Shown in pieces: positions 26,340-39,735 of a DNA stretch of 64,000 nt (position 1 is the first letter of the stretch; the number at the start of each line of letters is the position of its first letter). Where the stretch lies: NCBI RefSeq assembly GCF_009914755.1, contig NC_060931.1. One strand, 5' to 3'. This stretch comes from the human T2T-CHM13v2.0 reference genome, Homo sapiens. Below the pieces are notes generated by a model. It did not search any database. It was not told the origin of the DNA and saw only the letters and a list, made by a program, of their open reading frames with translations. A program made the translations under genes and the position numbers.

Positions 26340-26770
26340 TCTTGACACTGTTCGTTCCTTAAGATTCTCCTCTCTTCCGATTTCTGTATTTCCTCCACTC
26401 CCTTGACTGTCTCAGCCCCTCTCCCTCTTTTCTCTGTTCATCCCTTGATTCCTGCCATAACCCAGGACTCTACTGGGATGGTGCAAAAGTAATTGCCATT
26501 ACTTTTATTGGCAAAAACAGCAGTTAGTTTTGCACCAACCTAATAGCTGCCACTGCTGCTTTTCTTACCAAATCCCCGCCCAGGACAAACTTCCTCAGGC
26601 TCAAACACACCTCAGCTGCCACCAATCTGTTCAGTGCTCTCATATCTCTCTCCAAACTCCCTTCTAATCCCAGACCTTTATTCCCAGCTAATCTTCTGTT
26701 ACATGTACCTTAAGCTTGGCATTTTAAGAACAGAACTCCTTACCTTCCCTCTTGACCAAAGCCAGTCTGC
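26340..26770 (+). mobile_element. L2 internal fragment (host of MADE1)
   Basis: Pyrimidine-rich L2-like text: CTTGACACTG...CCAGACCTTTATTCCCAGCT...ACAGAACTCCT. Confidence 0.5.
26473..26543. mobile_element. MADE1 (Hsmar1-derived MITE), internally deleted
   Basis: GGTGCAAAAGTAATTGC...TTTTGCACCAACCTAA inverted termini, TA dinucleotide on both sides. Confidence 0.9.
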
Positions 26771-26799
26771 TGCAATCAGGCACAAACTTTGAGTCTAAT

Positions 26800-27010
26800 T
26801 CACAGACTCTAACTCAGATGGTAAGTTAGCTGCTTGAGTCCAAACTGTGGTTTACTTTTTTAGTAACCTGGGACAAGTGACTTCGACTCTCATTATCTCA
26901 ATCATAATTACCTCACTTATAAAATGGATAGACAAATCCTGTAACACTGAAACTCACCTGTGCATGTGTGGATGAAATATGATTACGTGTGTGAAATTTG
27001 TAGCACAAAG
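26800..27010 (+). mobile_element. MIR SINE
   Basis: AACCTGGGACAAGTGACTTCGACTCTC...CTCACTTATAAAATGGA...GTGTGAAATTTGTAGCACA. Confidence 0.6.
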
Positions 27011-28201
27011 AAAGCCCTTCCTTTGGGATTGCCTTTTTTACCTTGCCAACCAAGGGCATTTGTCTCCATTATTTTTTAGTTTTTTCTGCCCCTCTGAAGC
27101 CGAATCATTTCCCCCCACATAGACACTCTCGCCTTTGAAGTATGGATTACATATGTCTGTGGGTCTCACTTGCATGCCTGTCTTTCCCTCTAAATTGTGA
27201 ACTCCTGTGTCCTTACTGAATCTGAATCCTCACACCAGGCACTTAACACACATTAGGTGAGTTGTGTTAAGCTGAATGATACTTTAAAAAAAAAAAAGAT
27301 ATATTACATAATTCTCAAGAAGATTCTAGAAAGAAGACAGTAAAGTCCATGTGCTCAGCCTTTTTTTTTTTTTATTTCAGAACACTGAGTTTCAAATTAT
27401 TGAATTTACTGACAGAACAGTGAAAATTTCTTAACTAACCTGGAAAAGTTCACTAATTGAAAGGGTCATTTCAGTTGCAATTCCAGAGGCCTTCTGGAAT
27501 CAGCTTTAGTGTCCTTGGCAAATGTCTAGATAGACCCTCCTTCCAACATGCAGACCGTGGAAATGCCTCAGTTATCAGTTCACCGCCATGTGTGCACTTT
27601 TTTTTTTTTTTTGGAAAGGTAGGTTTGAGTATCCCTCCAGCTTTTCTTGAGAAAAGCTGAAAATATGGAAACTTCTTAAGTAATTGATTTAGCTTCCCTG
27701 AAGCTCCTAGTTCTTGGCAGGTCCGATGTTGGAAACTGCAATAAGATTCCTTTTTCTGTTGTGTTTTCGACATTTGGTTCTTAATCCATATAAAAGTGCA
27801 GTTGCTATGAGGGAATGTTGTTGGGTCACTCAGAACACAGGAAAGGAAAAAAATTATCTAATAATACATACACACCCTGCAAGCGGGGGAAGAGTGCTTC
27901 TGATCTTTCTTATATTTTTCTTTCCAAGAAAGTCTTGAAATGGAGGGGGACAAAGGAAGGATTGTGAGAGGGCTTGGAGAAGTGGGCAGCTCAGGGCACC
28001 TGCCTGCCCGGAGCTGGGACAGGTGGAAAGTGAGGCATCCGTCTGACCTCCTTTTTGCCCTCCTCTGTTGGGCCTGGTGTAAGTAGAAGGTTGCTACAGG
28101 GCTGTGTGGGGCACTTGCTGGAGGCTTCTGACCTAGGCACTTGCAGCTGATGCCTGCTGTGTATTGACTTTCCTCTGATTCTTCCTTCTGCTATTCTGCA
28201 G

Positions 28202-28440
28202 GCAGCAAACAGAGGCCTTGAGAAAACCCTCGAAAATGGCACCTTGGCTGAAAGCCCAAGGGAGGCTCCCATCTCTGTCCATTCAGGGAATGTTCCGCAG
28301 GCCTGTTTTTACGTGGGACGTGGCTGCTGCCCTGAACAGACAAGTAGTCATATTTCACTTACTCTTAATATACCCAGTACCCCCAGTACCCCTCTGCCAA
28401 CTCTTCTGTGACCGGTGCTAGTTTCAGACAGGAAAGGAAG
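28202..28440 (+). other. Candidate exon (probably non-coding)
   Basis: Long pyrimidine tract ending CTATTCTGCAG| and consensus AAG|GTGAGT donor; 239 nt, not frame-preserving. Confidence 0.3.
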
Positions 28441-28875
28441 GTGAGTTGCCTCCTCATCAACAGTGGAGGATCACCCTGCTGTGGGACAGCTTTAGAAACC
28501 CAGTTTGAACTCCCCATAAGCTGGCTCTATTCACAGAAGGAGAACACATTAATCAATGAAGGCCAAATCTCTGCCTCCCATACCATGCCTCATAGTTTCC
28601 ATAAAAGAGAGCACATTGGGCTCCATCTCTCTTCACTTCAGTTTCATCATCAGCAAGCTGAAGATAGTGATATTGACCTCGAAATGGGGCTGTCAGGGTT
28701 AACTGACATGGGGCATGCAACGTGGGGAAAGGGGAGTGGGGCAAAGAGAAAGTGCTCTGGAAATAGTAATTATTCTTTTATTTCTCTTATATATGCTTTA
28801 TTATTTTATTTTAATTCCCTTTGTCATTTCACTAACTTCTCTGTGGGCAGCTCTTTCTCTAGCAGAAACCCCTTC

Positions 28876-29095
28876 TCTTTATTTGTTTTCCGTTTTTTGA
28901 GACAGGGTCTCGCTCTGTTCCCAGGCTGGAGAGCACTGGTGCAATCACAGCTCACCACAGCCTCAAACTCCCAGGCTCAAGGATCCTCCCACCTCAGCCC
29001 CTTGAGTAGCTGGGATCACTGGCACATGCCACCATGCTAATTTTAAAAAGTTTATTTTGTAGAGACAGGGTCTCACTATGTTGCCCAGGCTAGTC
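28876..29095 (-). mobile_element. AluJo, 5'-truncated
   Basis: GACAGGGTCTCGCTCTG, ATCACAGCTCACCACAGCCTC, CTCACTATGTTGCCCAGG; degraded TSD CAGAAACCCCTTC / CAGAGTCCCTTTC. Confidence 0.9.
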
Positions 29096-29291
29096 CAGAG
29101 TCCCTTTCGTAATTCAAAGTCCCTATAACTCTCTGTTCTGTCAACGTGAAGGCATCAAACACTCTAACATATGTTTGCCGTTGAAAGCCAATCTCTCAGC
29201 ATTCCCTGTGTGAGGGACCCCAGACACCACACCAGGGAGCTGACCCTTGTGAGACCAGTATCAAGGTGGAAAAAAAGAGTCCAGTGTGGGC

Positions 29292-29338
29292 TGTGTGTGT
29301 GTGTGTGTGTGTAAGAGTGTGTATATGTGTGCATGCAT
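29292..29338. repeat. (TG)n microsatellite
   Basis: about 10 perfect TG units plus degenerate extension. Confidence 0.85.
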
Positions 29339-30598
29339 ATCTAGAATGTGTTTGGGGTTGGAGTGGAATGAATCAGGGGCTTGGATTCTTGGAAGGGCTT
29401 AAAGATTTCTTGGAAGGAGAGACCACAGGGGTGATGACCAGGGAATACTTGAGAAGGCAAGAGCTCCAGGGAGTGGGAAGAGCGATGGAGAGGGGTAATG
29501 AAGAGGAAGAGGCCTTTCCCCATCCCCAGGCCCCACTGTTGCCTAAGGCTATTTTAGCAAGCCTGCTGAGCCTTGGGACAAGCCTTGGGGTGAGCAACGA
29601 GGCCCTGAGAAAATCCCTGCAGCCTCTGGCTGCAGCACCACGTGGCTTCCTTCGTTCCCAAGGCTTGTCTTCTTGCCTTCTTGCTCATGTTTCCTCAGCT
29701 TTGGCATGATGACTGGTCCCAGGCTCCCATGGACCTCCTGCCATTATCTTCCAATGTGCTAACAATATTGTTTCTTCTCATATTTCTTGTTGATTGTGTG
29801 TTTCTGCAAGAGAGAAGAAAAGGTTTCCATAACCACTCACATATCCAGCCACAGTGCCTTGGATTGAAAGAGGTATTTCCTACGGAATTTGGTGTATTTG
29901 TTCTGCCAGGTTCTGACCTTCTGCCACTAAACTGAAAACTGGAAAGGGAGCTCCCTCTCCTGAATGGTCACAACCCCCGCGGGGCTCCCATAAATCTCAT
30001 TCTGTTTACTACTGATCTCCTTTGCTCTGCTGTTCTTGGATTGCTGATTCTGAGGGTGTTAATACAACACAACTTCCCATGTAGAGCAACTCATTTAACC
30101 AAGAGACTCAGCTGGGACCCTCAGTGGCTAGGAGAGTAGGGGGAAGACTGGTGACAGTCCAGGGTTAATTCTAAAATCAGCAGACCTACCTGATGAAGGA
30201 GGGAACAACAGTCTCAGATTCTTATTAAGAGTGATCCTCTTAAACTGGAAGCGTGTTCTGGCACCTTTACTGTATTCATAGGCAAGCCAAACAGTTTTTG
30301 TATGTTTGAGAACTCTATTTCATTCTTGGACTTGAAAAGCTTCTCCTTTATTTTTTTCCTTTTCAGAATAGATCTTTTGATAGCTAAAGCAATGTTGAAA
30401 AAAGAACAAAATTAAAGATCCCTCACTTTCCAATGTCAAACTTTATTACAAAGTTGTAATAATCAAAACAGAGTGTCATAAAGATAGACACACAGATCAA
30501 TGGAATAGAACAGATAGCCCAAATATAAACCCTTGCATATGTGGTCAAATGATTTATGACAAGGGTACCAGAACTATTCAATGGGGAAAGGACAGTCT

Positions 30599-31244
<646 letters not shown>

Positions 31245-32589
31245 AGGTCAGTCTTTTCAACAAGTGGTATTCAAAAAACTGGTTACCCATATGGAAAAGA
31301 GTAAAGTTGAAACCTTACCTTACAGAATATACAAAAGTAACTCAAAATAGATCAAAGACCTAAACATAAGAGCTAAAACTACAAAACTCTTACCAAAAAA
31401 AAAAAAAATAGAGAAAAAGCTTCATGAGATTGAATATGGCGATTTTTTGACATGCATCAAAAGCCCAGAAAACAAAAGAAAAAATAAATTGGACCACATC
31501 AAAATTTTTAAAATTTCTATGCATCAAAGGACACAATCAACAAAGTGAAAAGACAACCTATGGAATGGGAGAAAATATTTGCAAGTTATGTATCTGATAA
31601 AGATTAATATTCAAAATGTTCAAAGAACTACAACTAAACAATAAGAAAACAAATAACCTGATTTTAAAATGGGCAAATGACTTGAATAGATGTTTCCTTA
31701 AAGAAGATATACAAATGGCTAATAAGCATGTGGAAAGATGCCCAACATCACTAATCCTAAGGGAAATGCAAATCAAAACCACACTCCTCACATCCACTAA
31801 GGTGGTTACTTTAAAAAACAAAACAAAACAAAACAAAAAAAAACAGAAAATAAATGTCGGTAAGGATGTAGAGAAATTGGAATTTTTTGCAGGCACTGTT
31901 GGTGAGAATGTAAAATGGTGAAACCACTATGGAAGACACTATGATAGTTCCTCAAAAAATTAAAAATAAAATGTTCATGTGATCCAGAAATTCCGCTTCT
32001 GGGTATATATCCAGAAGAATTGAGAGTAGAGTCTCAGAGAGATATTTACACACTCATGTTCATTGCAGCATTGTTCATGATACTTATAATGCGGGAACAA
32101 CTCTAGTGTAGGTCCAATAGGTGAACAGATAAAAAAAATGTGCCGTATACTTACAATTTAAATATTATTCAGCCTTAAAAAGGAGGGAAATTCTGACATT
32201 TGCTACAATATGCATCAACCTTAAGGACATTATGCTAAGTGAAATCAACCAGTCAGAAAAAGACAAATTTTCTGTAATTCCACCTACATGAGGTATCTAG
32301 AGTAGTCAAATTCACAGAGACAGAAAGTAAGATGATGATTGCCAGGAGCAGAGGGGAAGGGAAAATGGAGAGTTATTGTTCAATAGGTATAGAGTTTCAG
32401 TTTTTTAAGATGAAAAGTCTCTGGAGATTGGTTGCTCAACAATGTGAATATACGTAACTACTGAACTATATACTTAAAAATGATTATGATGGTAAATTTT
32501 GTTATGTGTAGTTTACTGTAATTTTAAAATTAGAAAAAGCCAGACAGATCTTTTGGTGACAGCAATGGTTGGATGTTGCTTCAAATAGG

Positions 32590-32785
32590 CCCAGGTTGTA
32601 ATCCTGGTCATATCACTAACATTAAGCAAGTGGCTGCACCTTGGTTAAGCCCACATCTCCTCATCTGTTAATGCAACATGTGCATTTCCTCACAGGGTTG
32701 CTGTGAAGATTAAATGAGATATTATTTGTAAAGTACCTAGCACAAGATCTAGTACATAGGAAGGCACTCAATAAATGTTGTTTCC
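32590..32785 (+). mobile_element. MIR SINE
   Basis: CCTCATCTGT...CCTCACAGGGTTGCTGTGAAGATTAAATGAGAT...GTAAAGTACCTAGCACA...CACTCAATAAATGTT. Confidence 0.85.
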
Positions 32786-33921
32786 TTTGCTTACACGTTC
32801 ATAAGCACACATTGGTGGGAGCCAGTTGGATAGCAAAGGCAATGAGGTTTATGGGGAAAATCTCTTGTAAAGAAGCAGCCACGTGCGTTATGGTCTCTCC
32901 CTCTTTGTTTAAGGTGACGGTATGAAGTTCACCTCAGATTCCACTGGTCAGCAATGTTTTGAAGCTGTTCCTGGTTGCTTGCGTGGGACCCTCCTAACTG
33001 ATGCGGCTGCTAACCTGTACTGAGAGGGAGGCATCTATTCTTCCACATAGAGTTTTCTCAGAAAGTAGTTTTATGCTGATTTTCCACTAGAGATGGGGAC
33101 TAAGGGAGGCAGGATTATTTACATGTATGGCCAGCATACTGCTGTTTCTTTCCACATCTGCTACTTTCCAATTAATCTCAGAAGTTTTCATTGTGCTGTG
33201 TCTTTTGTTGGAAAACTGGTGGTTTCCCAGAAGAGCTAAGTTTCTGTTCTAAAGCTCTACTCAGCAACCTCAGGATATTTGAGAGGGAGATGTGGGTTAG
33301 GGTTTTCTGTCTTTCAACCTTAACGTTAAGATATTTGAGAAGAAACCTTAAAGTTTAGAGAATGTGTCTGACCTATTCCCAGGGCTGCTTCATCTATGCT
33401 CAGTTGGGTGTCAAATTAAACAATGCTTTGTCTATTGTAGAAGTGTCAGCCAAAGCTGTCCTTGAGTGCCCAGTGTAGCCCTGTCCTGGATAATGGAGTT
33501 GGGAGGGTGGAAAAGAGAAGGGGAAGAATAGATAAAAAAAGCAACTTGAATTCTATAATATTCACGGGCCAAATGAAGTCAGTAGCCTTTTTGCTATGTA
33601 GAAAGATGACTACATTTTATTAGCCAGGAAATTCTCAAATTTCCAATATCACTGCACTAATAGGAAAGGTATGGTTTCAAAAGCATTCCTAACTCTTTCT
33701 TTCTCTATATATTTTTTTCACTTCAGGACCTAAAGTGCCTGAAATAAATTCTACCATTTTATTTTGTTCTCATTTATTTTAATTAATAGGTAGCAAATTG
33801 GGTTATCTAAAACATTTTCCTGGATGAGTTTATCAGCTCTATCTCTGAGTCCAGAGTTGTTTAGAGGCCCCTGAGTGGGTGTGTCAAGTGATGCAGCAGA
33901 GAAAAGCAGTATAGCCCAGTG

Positions 33922-34087
33922 CAGGGTCTCCACAGAGTGGCCCATGAACCAGCAGCATCACCTGTGGCTGCAATGTTCAGGTCCTCTCCACACCTACAGA
34001 ATCAGAATCTCTGGAGGTGGACCCAGAAATCCGTGTTTTAAGAAGCCCTCTGAGTGATTCTGATGCACCACCAATATCAGAAACATG
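33922..34087 (+). mobile_element. MER5A hAT-Charlie MITE
   Basis: ACCAGCAGCATCACCTG...GAATCAGAATCTCTGGAGGTGG...GTGTTTTAAGAAGCCCTC...GTGATTCTGATGCAC. Confidence 0.85.
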
Positions 34088-34099
34088 CTTTTACTATCC

Positions 34100-34320
34100 A
34101 CAATCCATAATTCATGTATACTGAGCACTTACTCTCTATCTGGCTAGACTCATATATTTTGTCTACTAATTACAACAATCCTTTGAGGCTGATATTTCTC
34201 GACAATTTGCATCTGAGAAAAATGAAGATCAAAGCAATTAAATAATTTTTTTCCAACAGATCCATTATATTTTGTTTCTTGGGAACAAGAAGCCTGGCTG
34301 TATACGCTTCCTACCAAGAG
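34100..34320 (-). mobile_element. MIR SINE
   Basis: ACTGAGCACTTACT...ACAACAATCCTTTGAGG...CTGAGAAAAATGAAG. Confidence 0.55.
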
Positions 34321-35560
34321 GTGGAAGGACAGCCTGGCACTGAGCCAGTGGTTTGAGCTTTTCTCCCAGGACCAAATAGACACAATGAATGAGGTCCTAT
34401 TAGCTATGACTCTCATGATCTCTGCTTCCTAAAAATGTCACTTATTTTTCTTAAGGTCTCAACATATAAGAATATGAGTACACTGTCTGCTGGACCCTTA
34501 TACTGACTGACAGAACATGATTAAGAGAGGATTTAGTTAACTAATGCCCAGGCTGCACTCAGCATAGAGCATACATATTCTGGACACATTAAATTTTTCC
34601 CTGTAATTCCCTCTCCTCCTAATTTTTATTTTTCTGCGTTTTCAGGCTATTTTTTTCTTTCTAAAATGTCATACCAATTCCCACATGTATAAGTTACAAC
34701 CCACTTTTTTTTCAAGTCCAGTTCTACGTCCTTTAGATCTTTCTTAAATGCTGACTTTGGAAAGTTCATCCTTCTCTCTGCAATACCCATGACCCTTTAT
34801 CTTCACAATTCAATAACCCTCACAATACCCTCCGAGAGAGCACATTGCACATCACAGGTAATCCAAATTACTTGTTGAATGTAGGAACAAATACAACAGT
34901 GAAAAAAATTATACGCATTCTAGAAATATCCGTTTCTTTTAGTGCTGTTACCATATGCGATATGACTGCTATGTAGACATTCTATTTTATATTTTTTCCA
35001 GGTACATTCAAAGACTCTAATAGAGAAAATATTCTCCTCTCTAATATTTTATAGGATTTTATTTATTTTACTCTTCATGGTCAAGATCCTCATAAGAATA
35101 GTCTACAAATGCAAATGGCAAGTAGGTTCCGTTTTGTGTGCCAGTTTATACTCCAATAGGGTGGGCTGTGAGTCCTTTGCCATTTAACTCAACTGGAAAG
35201 CCTTCCGTGGTGCGCAGTGGTGTCTGCCATGGATGAGTGAGCCACAAGCAGCCATTCACAACCCTGTGTTCACCGATCCTCCCATGCAGTTGCCTTCACT
35301 TTTTAAAAAAATTATTGTATTTATCTTTCTTTTAACTACTCATCACTATTAATGTACTCATACCTCTCTCAGTGGGCTTTTGCTAGCTTTCTGCTGTGTG
35401 CCAGAGTTTCCTTCATGCTGGGTTAGGGAAATCAAGGAAGAAAAAGTCCCATGAGTAAGGGCAAGAGGTGAAATGGCTCAAAGATCTTTCATTGCCTGTT
35501 GTGACTTTGCCAGTTCCATGCCTGGAAATACCTGCTCCTCCAGCCTCAGAAGCCTTCCTG

Positions 35561-35579
35561 CTGCCTGCAGGTGGCACTG
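35561..35579 (+). promoter_or_regulatory. CTCF core motif
   Basis: CTGCCTGCAGGTGGCACTG fits the CC-[A/T]-[C/G]-CAG-G-[G/T]-GGC-[A/G]-CT core at all high-information positions. Confidence 0.6.
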
Positions 35580-35659
35580 ACCACCTGCCTGATGCCACTC
35601 ACATGCTTTCCAAGCCTCAGATCTGGTGCCACAGGATTGCCTTTGTTTACTCCCTGGCC

Positions 35660-35790
35660 TTTCTCCAACCCCAGGCAGCCATCAGCTCTAGAATGGCATC
35701 TGTCTCCTGGTCTCGCTGTGCTGGAGACTGGGCACTTAGGCATTTTTGAATAGATGGATGGCCTGATGGATAAATGAGTGAGTACATAAA
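35660..35790 (+). mobile_element. L2 3' end remnant
   Basis: ATCAGCTCTAGAATGGCA...GACTGGGCACTTAGGCATTTTTGAATAGATGGATG. Confidence 0.5.
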
Positions 35791-36626
35791 TATTATAAAT
35801 TTTGGCCCAATGAAGGACAATGCATCGTTATACAGTTCTAACTGTATCTACCAGTTCACTTGAAAATAATGGATCTGAAGAATGGTGAGGTAAGGGAAAT
35901 GAGTGATTCCTATTTATTAGGGATTTATTAATCATCTCATTTCACCAACCGACATTCAGAGATCATCACAGGAAAGTGGGAAGCTGGGAAACCTGTTTCT
36001 GTCAACTTTTTATTCCATATAAGGATGGCCCATTACATACACATATCCACAGAACATGGGCTTCCTCTAAGAGGAGGAGGGCAATGGGTGCCTTTGGGGC
36101 AGGACTTGACTTCAAGTAGCAGCTGAACCTCAGTGATGGTCCCTGGACTTCTGCACGGGAGAAGGAGTTTTAACATATTACGAGAGAGCAATGGGCCCAG
36201 GGAGTGAGTCATTTCCTCCTTCTGGCTATCTGTGGGGTTGGCCTGAGAGGCTCTGATTTGGAATGAATTTGGAGTGACCCCTGATGTGTTCTCGCCCCCC
36301 ACCAAGTAGCCTTAAAAATATCTTTGTGCCTAACCGGATGTGAGTTAAACTAAAAAATGACTCTGCTAGCCAATAACGTAGGTCGTCAAACTCAGGGGCC
36401 GGTGTGCAGCTGGTGAATGATGTTTGTGTTGCCTCACTTACCAAAAGTGCCTCTTGGGGAGGGGAGAAATGTCAAGGAGGACATCTCAGGAAGAGGGACA
36501 AGTGTAGCCCTGGGCCAAAGTTTCTTAGAACAGCTACTGAATGAGGTTGCATCACTCCAATTACTGCAATAGTGGGTCCCATGGGAAATTGGAAACCTTA
36601 CAGGGGAGCCAAACACACACACTCAC

Positions 36627-36875
36627 ATGCATGAACGCCCCACGATGGGTGCATTTTGTATTGGGATTCCTTCTGTGTCAGCACCTGACAAGTGCTGAAC
36701 TTGAAGATTAGCAGGGTCACCATGGCTGCAAAGGTGTGTGTGTGTTTGCAAGTGAGGGTAGATGAAAAAACCACCTGCCCTCAAACACATTTCCATAGTG
36801 ACAACAGGCTTCGGCGACAATGCACAGGCTTCATAATCAGCTGAGCATATCTCTGGGATAGGCACTGGGAGTATA
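36627..36875 (-). other. Candidate exon on the minus strand (249 nt)
   Basis: Minus-strand acceptor CTCTCTTCTTCTGGCTTTTTCTCCCCAG| and donor CAT|GTGAGT; one frame open throughout. Confidence 0.25.
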
Positions 36876-38129
36876 CTGGGGAGAAAAAGCCAGAAGAAGA
36901 GAGAGAGCCAGCTCCATTTTGCTAAAAGACAGATTAAATTTCAACCCCTGGAGGAAAAGAAAATGTGAAATTGAAAAATGAAAAAATGCTAAATACAGGG
37001 CTTATTTTCCATGCTTGTTGTTATTGTTTAAAATGTGTACCTGTCTTTTGAACAGTTGCAGAATGACAAATGCACATGCTTTGACCCCAGTCCTCCTGGA
37101 TGCTGCCTGGCACAGCTGGGCATCTCTCTGACCTTTCTTTCTGGACAGCGTGGTGAAGGGGAGAGGGAAGCTTCACCCTCCACAATCTGTCTGATCCAGC
37201 ACAGCTGCATTTTCTCATTCTTGAGAACTGGACAAGTTTCCTGAGCCCTGGGTTGATATACTGTACCATCTTTGGTGCAGCTGTAATTTTAACAAGGGGA
37301 ACCGACTTGAACCTCTCTAATCCTTACTCCAGACACCTCGCACTCCTGAGACTAGTGTGTATGCGTGCATGTGTTTTTAAGGGTTTTTCAGCTGTGCTTC
37401 TGAGAAAGTGGCTCAGTCCAAAGTTTAAGAAAGAAAAGAAAGAAGTGGGGAGGGGTTTAGTGGCACGTCTGTCTTATTCTGACCACAAGATATTTCAGTA
37501 GCTTTTGTATTTACAATAGCAAAAATAATGTTATTATTCTGAGCTCACCTACTGAAGTCTTTCCATTTCTATTGTCTCTTCTGGGGTAAAATGATGGACA
37601 CTATGTCTCCTTCTCTGCTTTGAGCCGTAGAAGAATAATCCAGAATTAAAAGTATGAGAGGCATTGCGGGAAAGGCTTGGAAATCAATTGCAACTAGTCT
37701 CAGAATTGCACAACCAACTTCAGATTTTTCTTTTTTCTCAAGACTTATATTTTGGGAGGGAGCTGTTTTATGAATGGATATAGGCCTGACACACGAAGCG
37801 CGTGGGATTTGTCTGAGGGCCTCATCTGGTTTCACTGTGACATCTGGCTCTGATGAATCTGGCATATTGTGACTCACAGATACACAAATAGTAATCCTTG
37901 ATAGTGACCACTTGTGACTGCCGACAAACAATGTCAAATGTCAGTGAACTGCTGCGGCCGCTGGGCTGAGCTGCTCTGGCCCCTGCTGCCCTGATGTAGA
38001 AGGCTCTGAGCTGCCGTCAGGGAAGAGTCACGGAGCTCAGAACCTCCTCATCCCACTAGGACCCCAAGCAGCTTGGCCCTGAGGAATTTATAGTCATGGG
38101 TGCTCCCTGAGTGCTCCTCTTAGGAAAGC

Positions 38130-38460
38130 CCGGTTGAGAGCATATGGCTGCGATGGCTGATGGTCTGGGTTTGAACCCTGGCTCAGCCACACCCTCGGCT
38201 GAGAATGTGGCAAGTTGTTTAACTTCTCTGTTTCCTCATCGGCTAAAAAAAAAAAAGGTGAAACAGTAATTAAAATAGCTGGTGTTTATTGAAACTTCCT
38301 ATGGGTCAGGCATTGTTCTAAGCAAGGTACTAGAATTATTTCAACTAAGATTTAAAAAATATGATGTGCTTGGTATTTTTGTTAATGAAGAAACTAACAC
38401 ATAGCCACACTGATAGTAGGTGTTGGAGCCAGAATTCCTTGAGCTTTTCTGAGACTCTAG
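38130..38460. mobile_element. MIR fragments in opposite orientations
   Basis: CTGGGTTTGAACCCTGGCTC...GGCAAGTTGTTTAACTTCTCTGTTTCCTCATC (+), then TTTATTGAAACTTCCTATGGGTCAGGCATTGTTCTAAGC (-). Confidence 0.7.
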
Positions 38461-38462
38461 GG

Positions 38463-38662
38463 CAATAGTTTCGAACCAGGGGCAGTTTTGCACTCCAGGG
38501 GACATTTGGTAATGTCTGGAGACGTTTTTAGTTACCACTACTAGGGGCAGGAGAAGAGTAATACTGGTATTTATGGGGCTGAGGGCAGGGATGTTGCTTA
38601 ACACCCTACAGTGTACAGGACAGCCCCTACAGCCAATAATTATCCAGCCCCAAATGCCAACA
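38463..38662 (+). mobile_element. MER20 hAT-Charlie element
   Basis: AACCAGGGGCAGTTTTGCACTCCAGGGGACATTTGGTAATGTCTGGAGACGTTTT...CAGGGATGTTGCT...CAGGACAGCCCC...AATTATCCAGCCCCAAATG. Confidence 0.9.
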
Positions 38663-38669
38663 TAACAGG

Positions 38670-38870
38670 TGTTAACTCATTTAATTCTCAAAATAGCCAG
38701 AGAAGAGAAGTGCTATTTTTTTTCCTATTTTAGATATTGGGAAGCTGAGGCACAGAGATGCTAAGCAACTTGCTGCCAGCAGAAAGATAGTTGGTGGCAT
38801 AGCTAGGAAGCAAACCCAGGCAGTGCAGTGCCAGAGGCCACACCCTCCACCACTGGGACGAGCTGCCTCT
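38670..38870 (-). mobile_element. MIR SINE
   Basis: TTAACTCATTTAATTCTCA...CCTATTTTAGAT...GCTGAGGCACAGAGA...AAGCAACTTGC...AAACCCAGGCAG. Confidence 0.75.
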
Positions 38871-39735
38871 ACCTAGAAGGGGCCGGAGGTCATTCAGGCA
38901 AGGTGGGCAAAGATTTCCAAGTGCAGCAAGTCAAGATCAAGAGACAGCATTAATAACAGAAACACACACTTAAGTCACCTATATTGTTTATAAGCTTTTT
39001 TATATTCCTCACTGAGGGCAGAAATTAATAAGTGAGTGGGCACACATAATCATGGATGAGGGAACTCTCCTATATGTGGTTTCAGACGTGAGGGGAACCA
39101 GCCAGAGGCCATCACCCTGATCAGGGTATGGAGAGAGCATTTGGGCTTACAGAGGTCTGAGGTGTTGGTCAATATCCATGAATAGCATCTAACCCTAGCC
39201 AGGTATTCCCAAACACATGCCTTCCATGATGTATTTTCTGAGTGTCTGCTGCGGGCCCCAAGGAGGGTATCAAGGCAGAGGCACCACAACTGCTAAAGAA
39301 AGAACTTACCCACCACATATCCCTTCAATCTGAAGGGGAGCCTGTTCGGAGAGATGTCTTCCAAGACAGCGTTGCTCTAGAATTCTGCCATATGTTAGAA
39401 CTGTTTCATCTATGTTTTTAAGGATTCAAGAATTGGACACACTTTTGGGACTGAGCTTGGTAGAGAAACTGAGAGTTGAACCAATATCCCTGATAAATCC
39501 TTTGCACACAGTTGAGGCCTGGAGTTCTGGCCACCTCTGGCCATCACTTCCAATTGAACTTCTAATGCCTACTAAATACTAAAGAAGAGATGTTCAGCCA
39601 TTCGGTGGCATTGTCTGTCACCTGAGGAGGCTGGTGTCAGTCAACTACCAGCCTGCTACCCAGTGGCCAGGGAAGTTGGTGAGGGCAATTTATAAATGCA
39701 TCGATTTTGTTAGGACCACCATGATGATACATTCC

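Noticed and set aside
28408-29040. Longest ORF in the track (210 aa)
   Set aside because: GTG start, crosses a splice donor, low-complexity T-rich DNA and an AluJo; no recognisable domain
31558-31921. ORF with clear L1 ORF2 C-terminal similarity
   Set aside because: Fragment of a dead, 5'-truncated, Alu-interrupted L1MB; recorded as a mobile element, not a CDS
39190-39215. TGGGAATACC on the minus strand, matching the 5S rRNA 3' part
   Set aside because: Only ~10 nt match; flanks do not follow 5S
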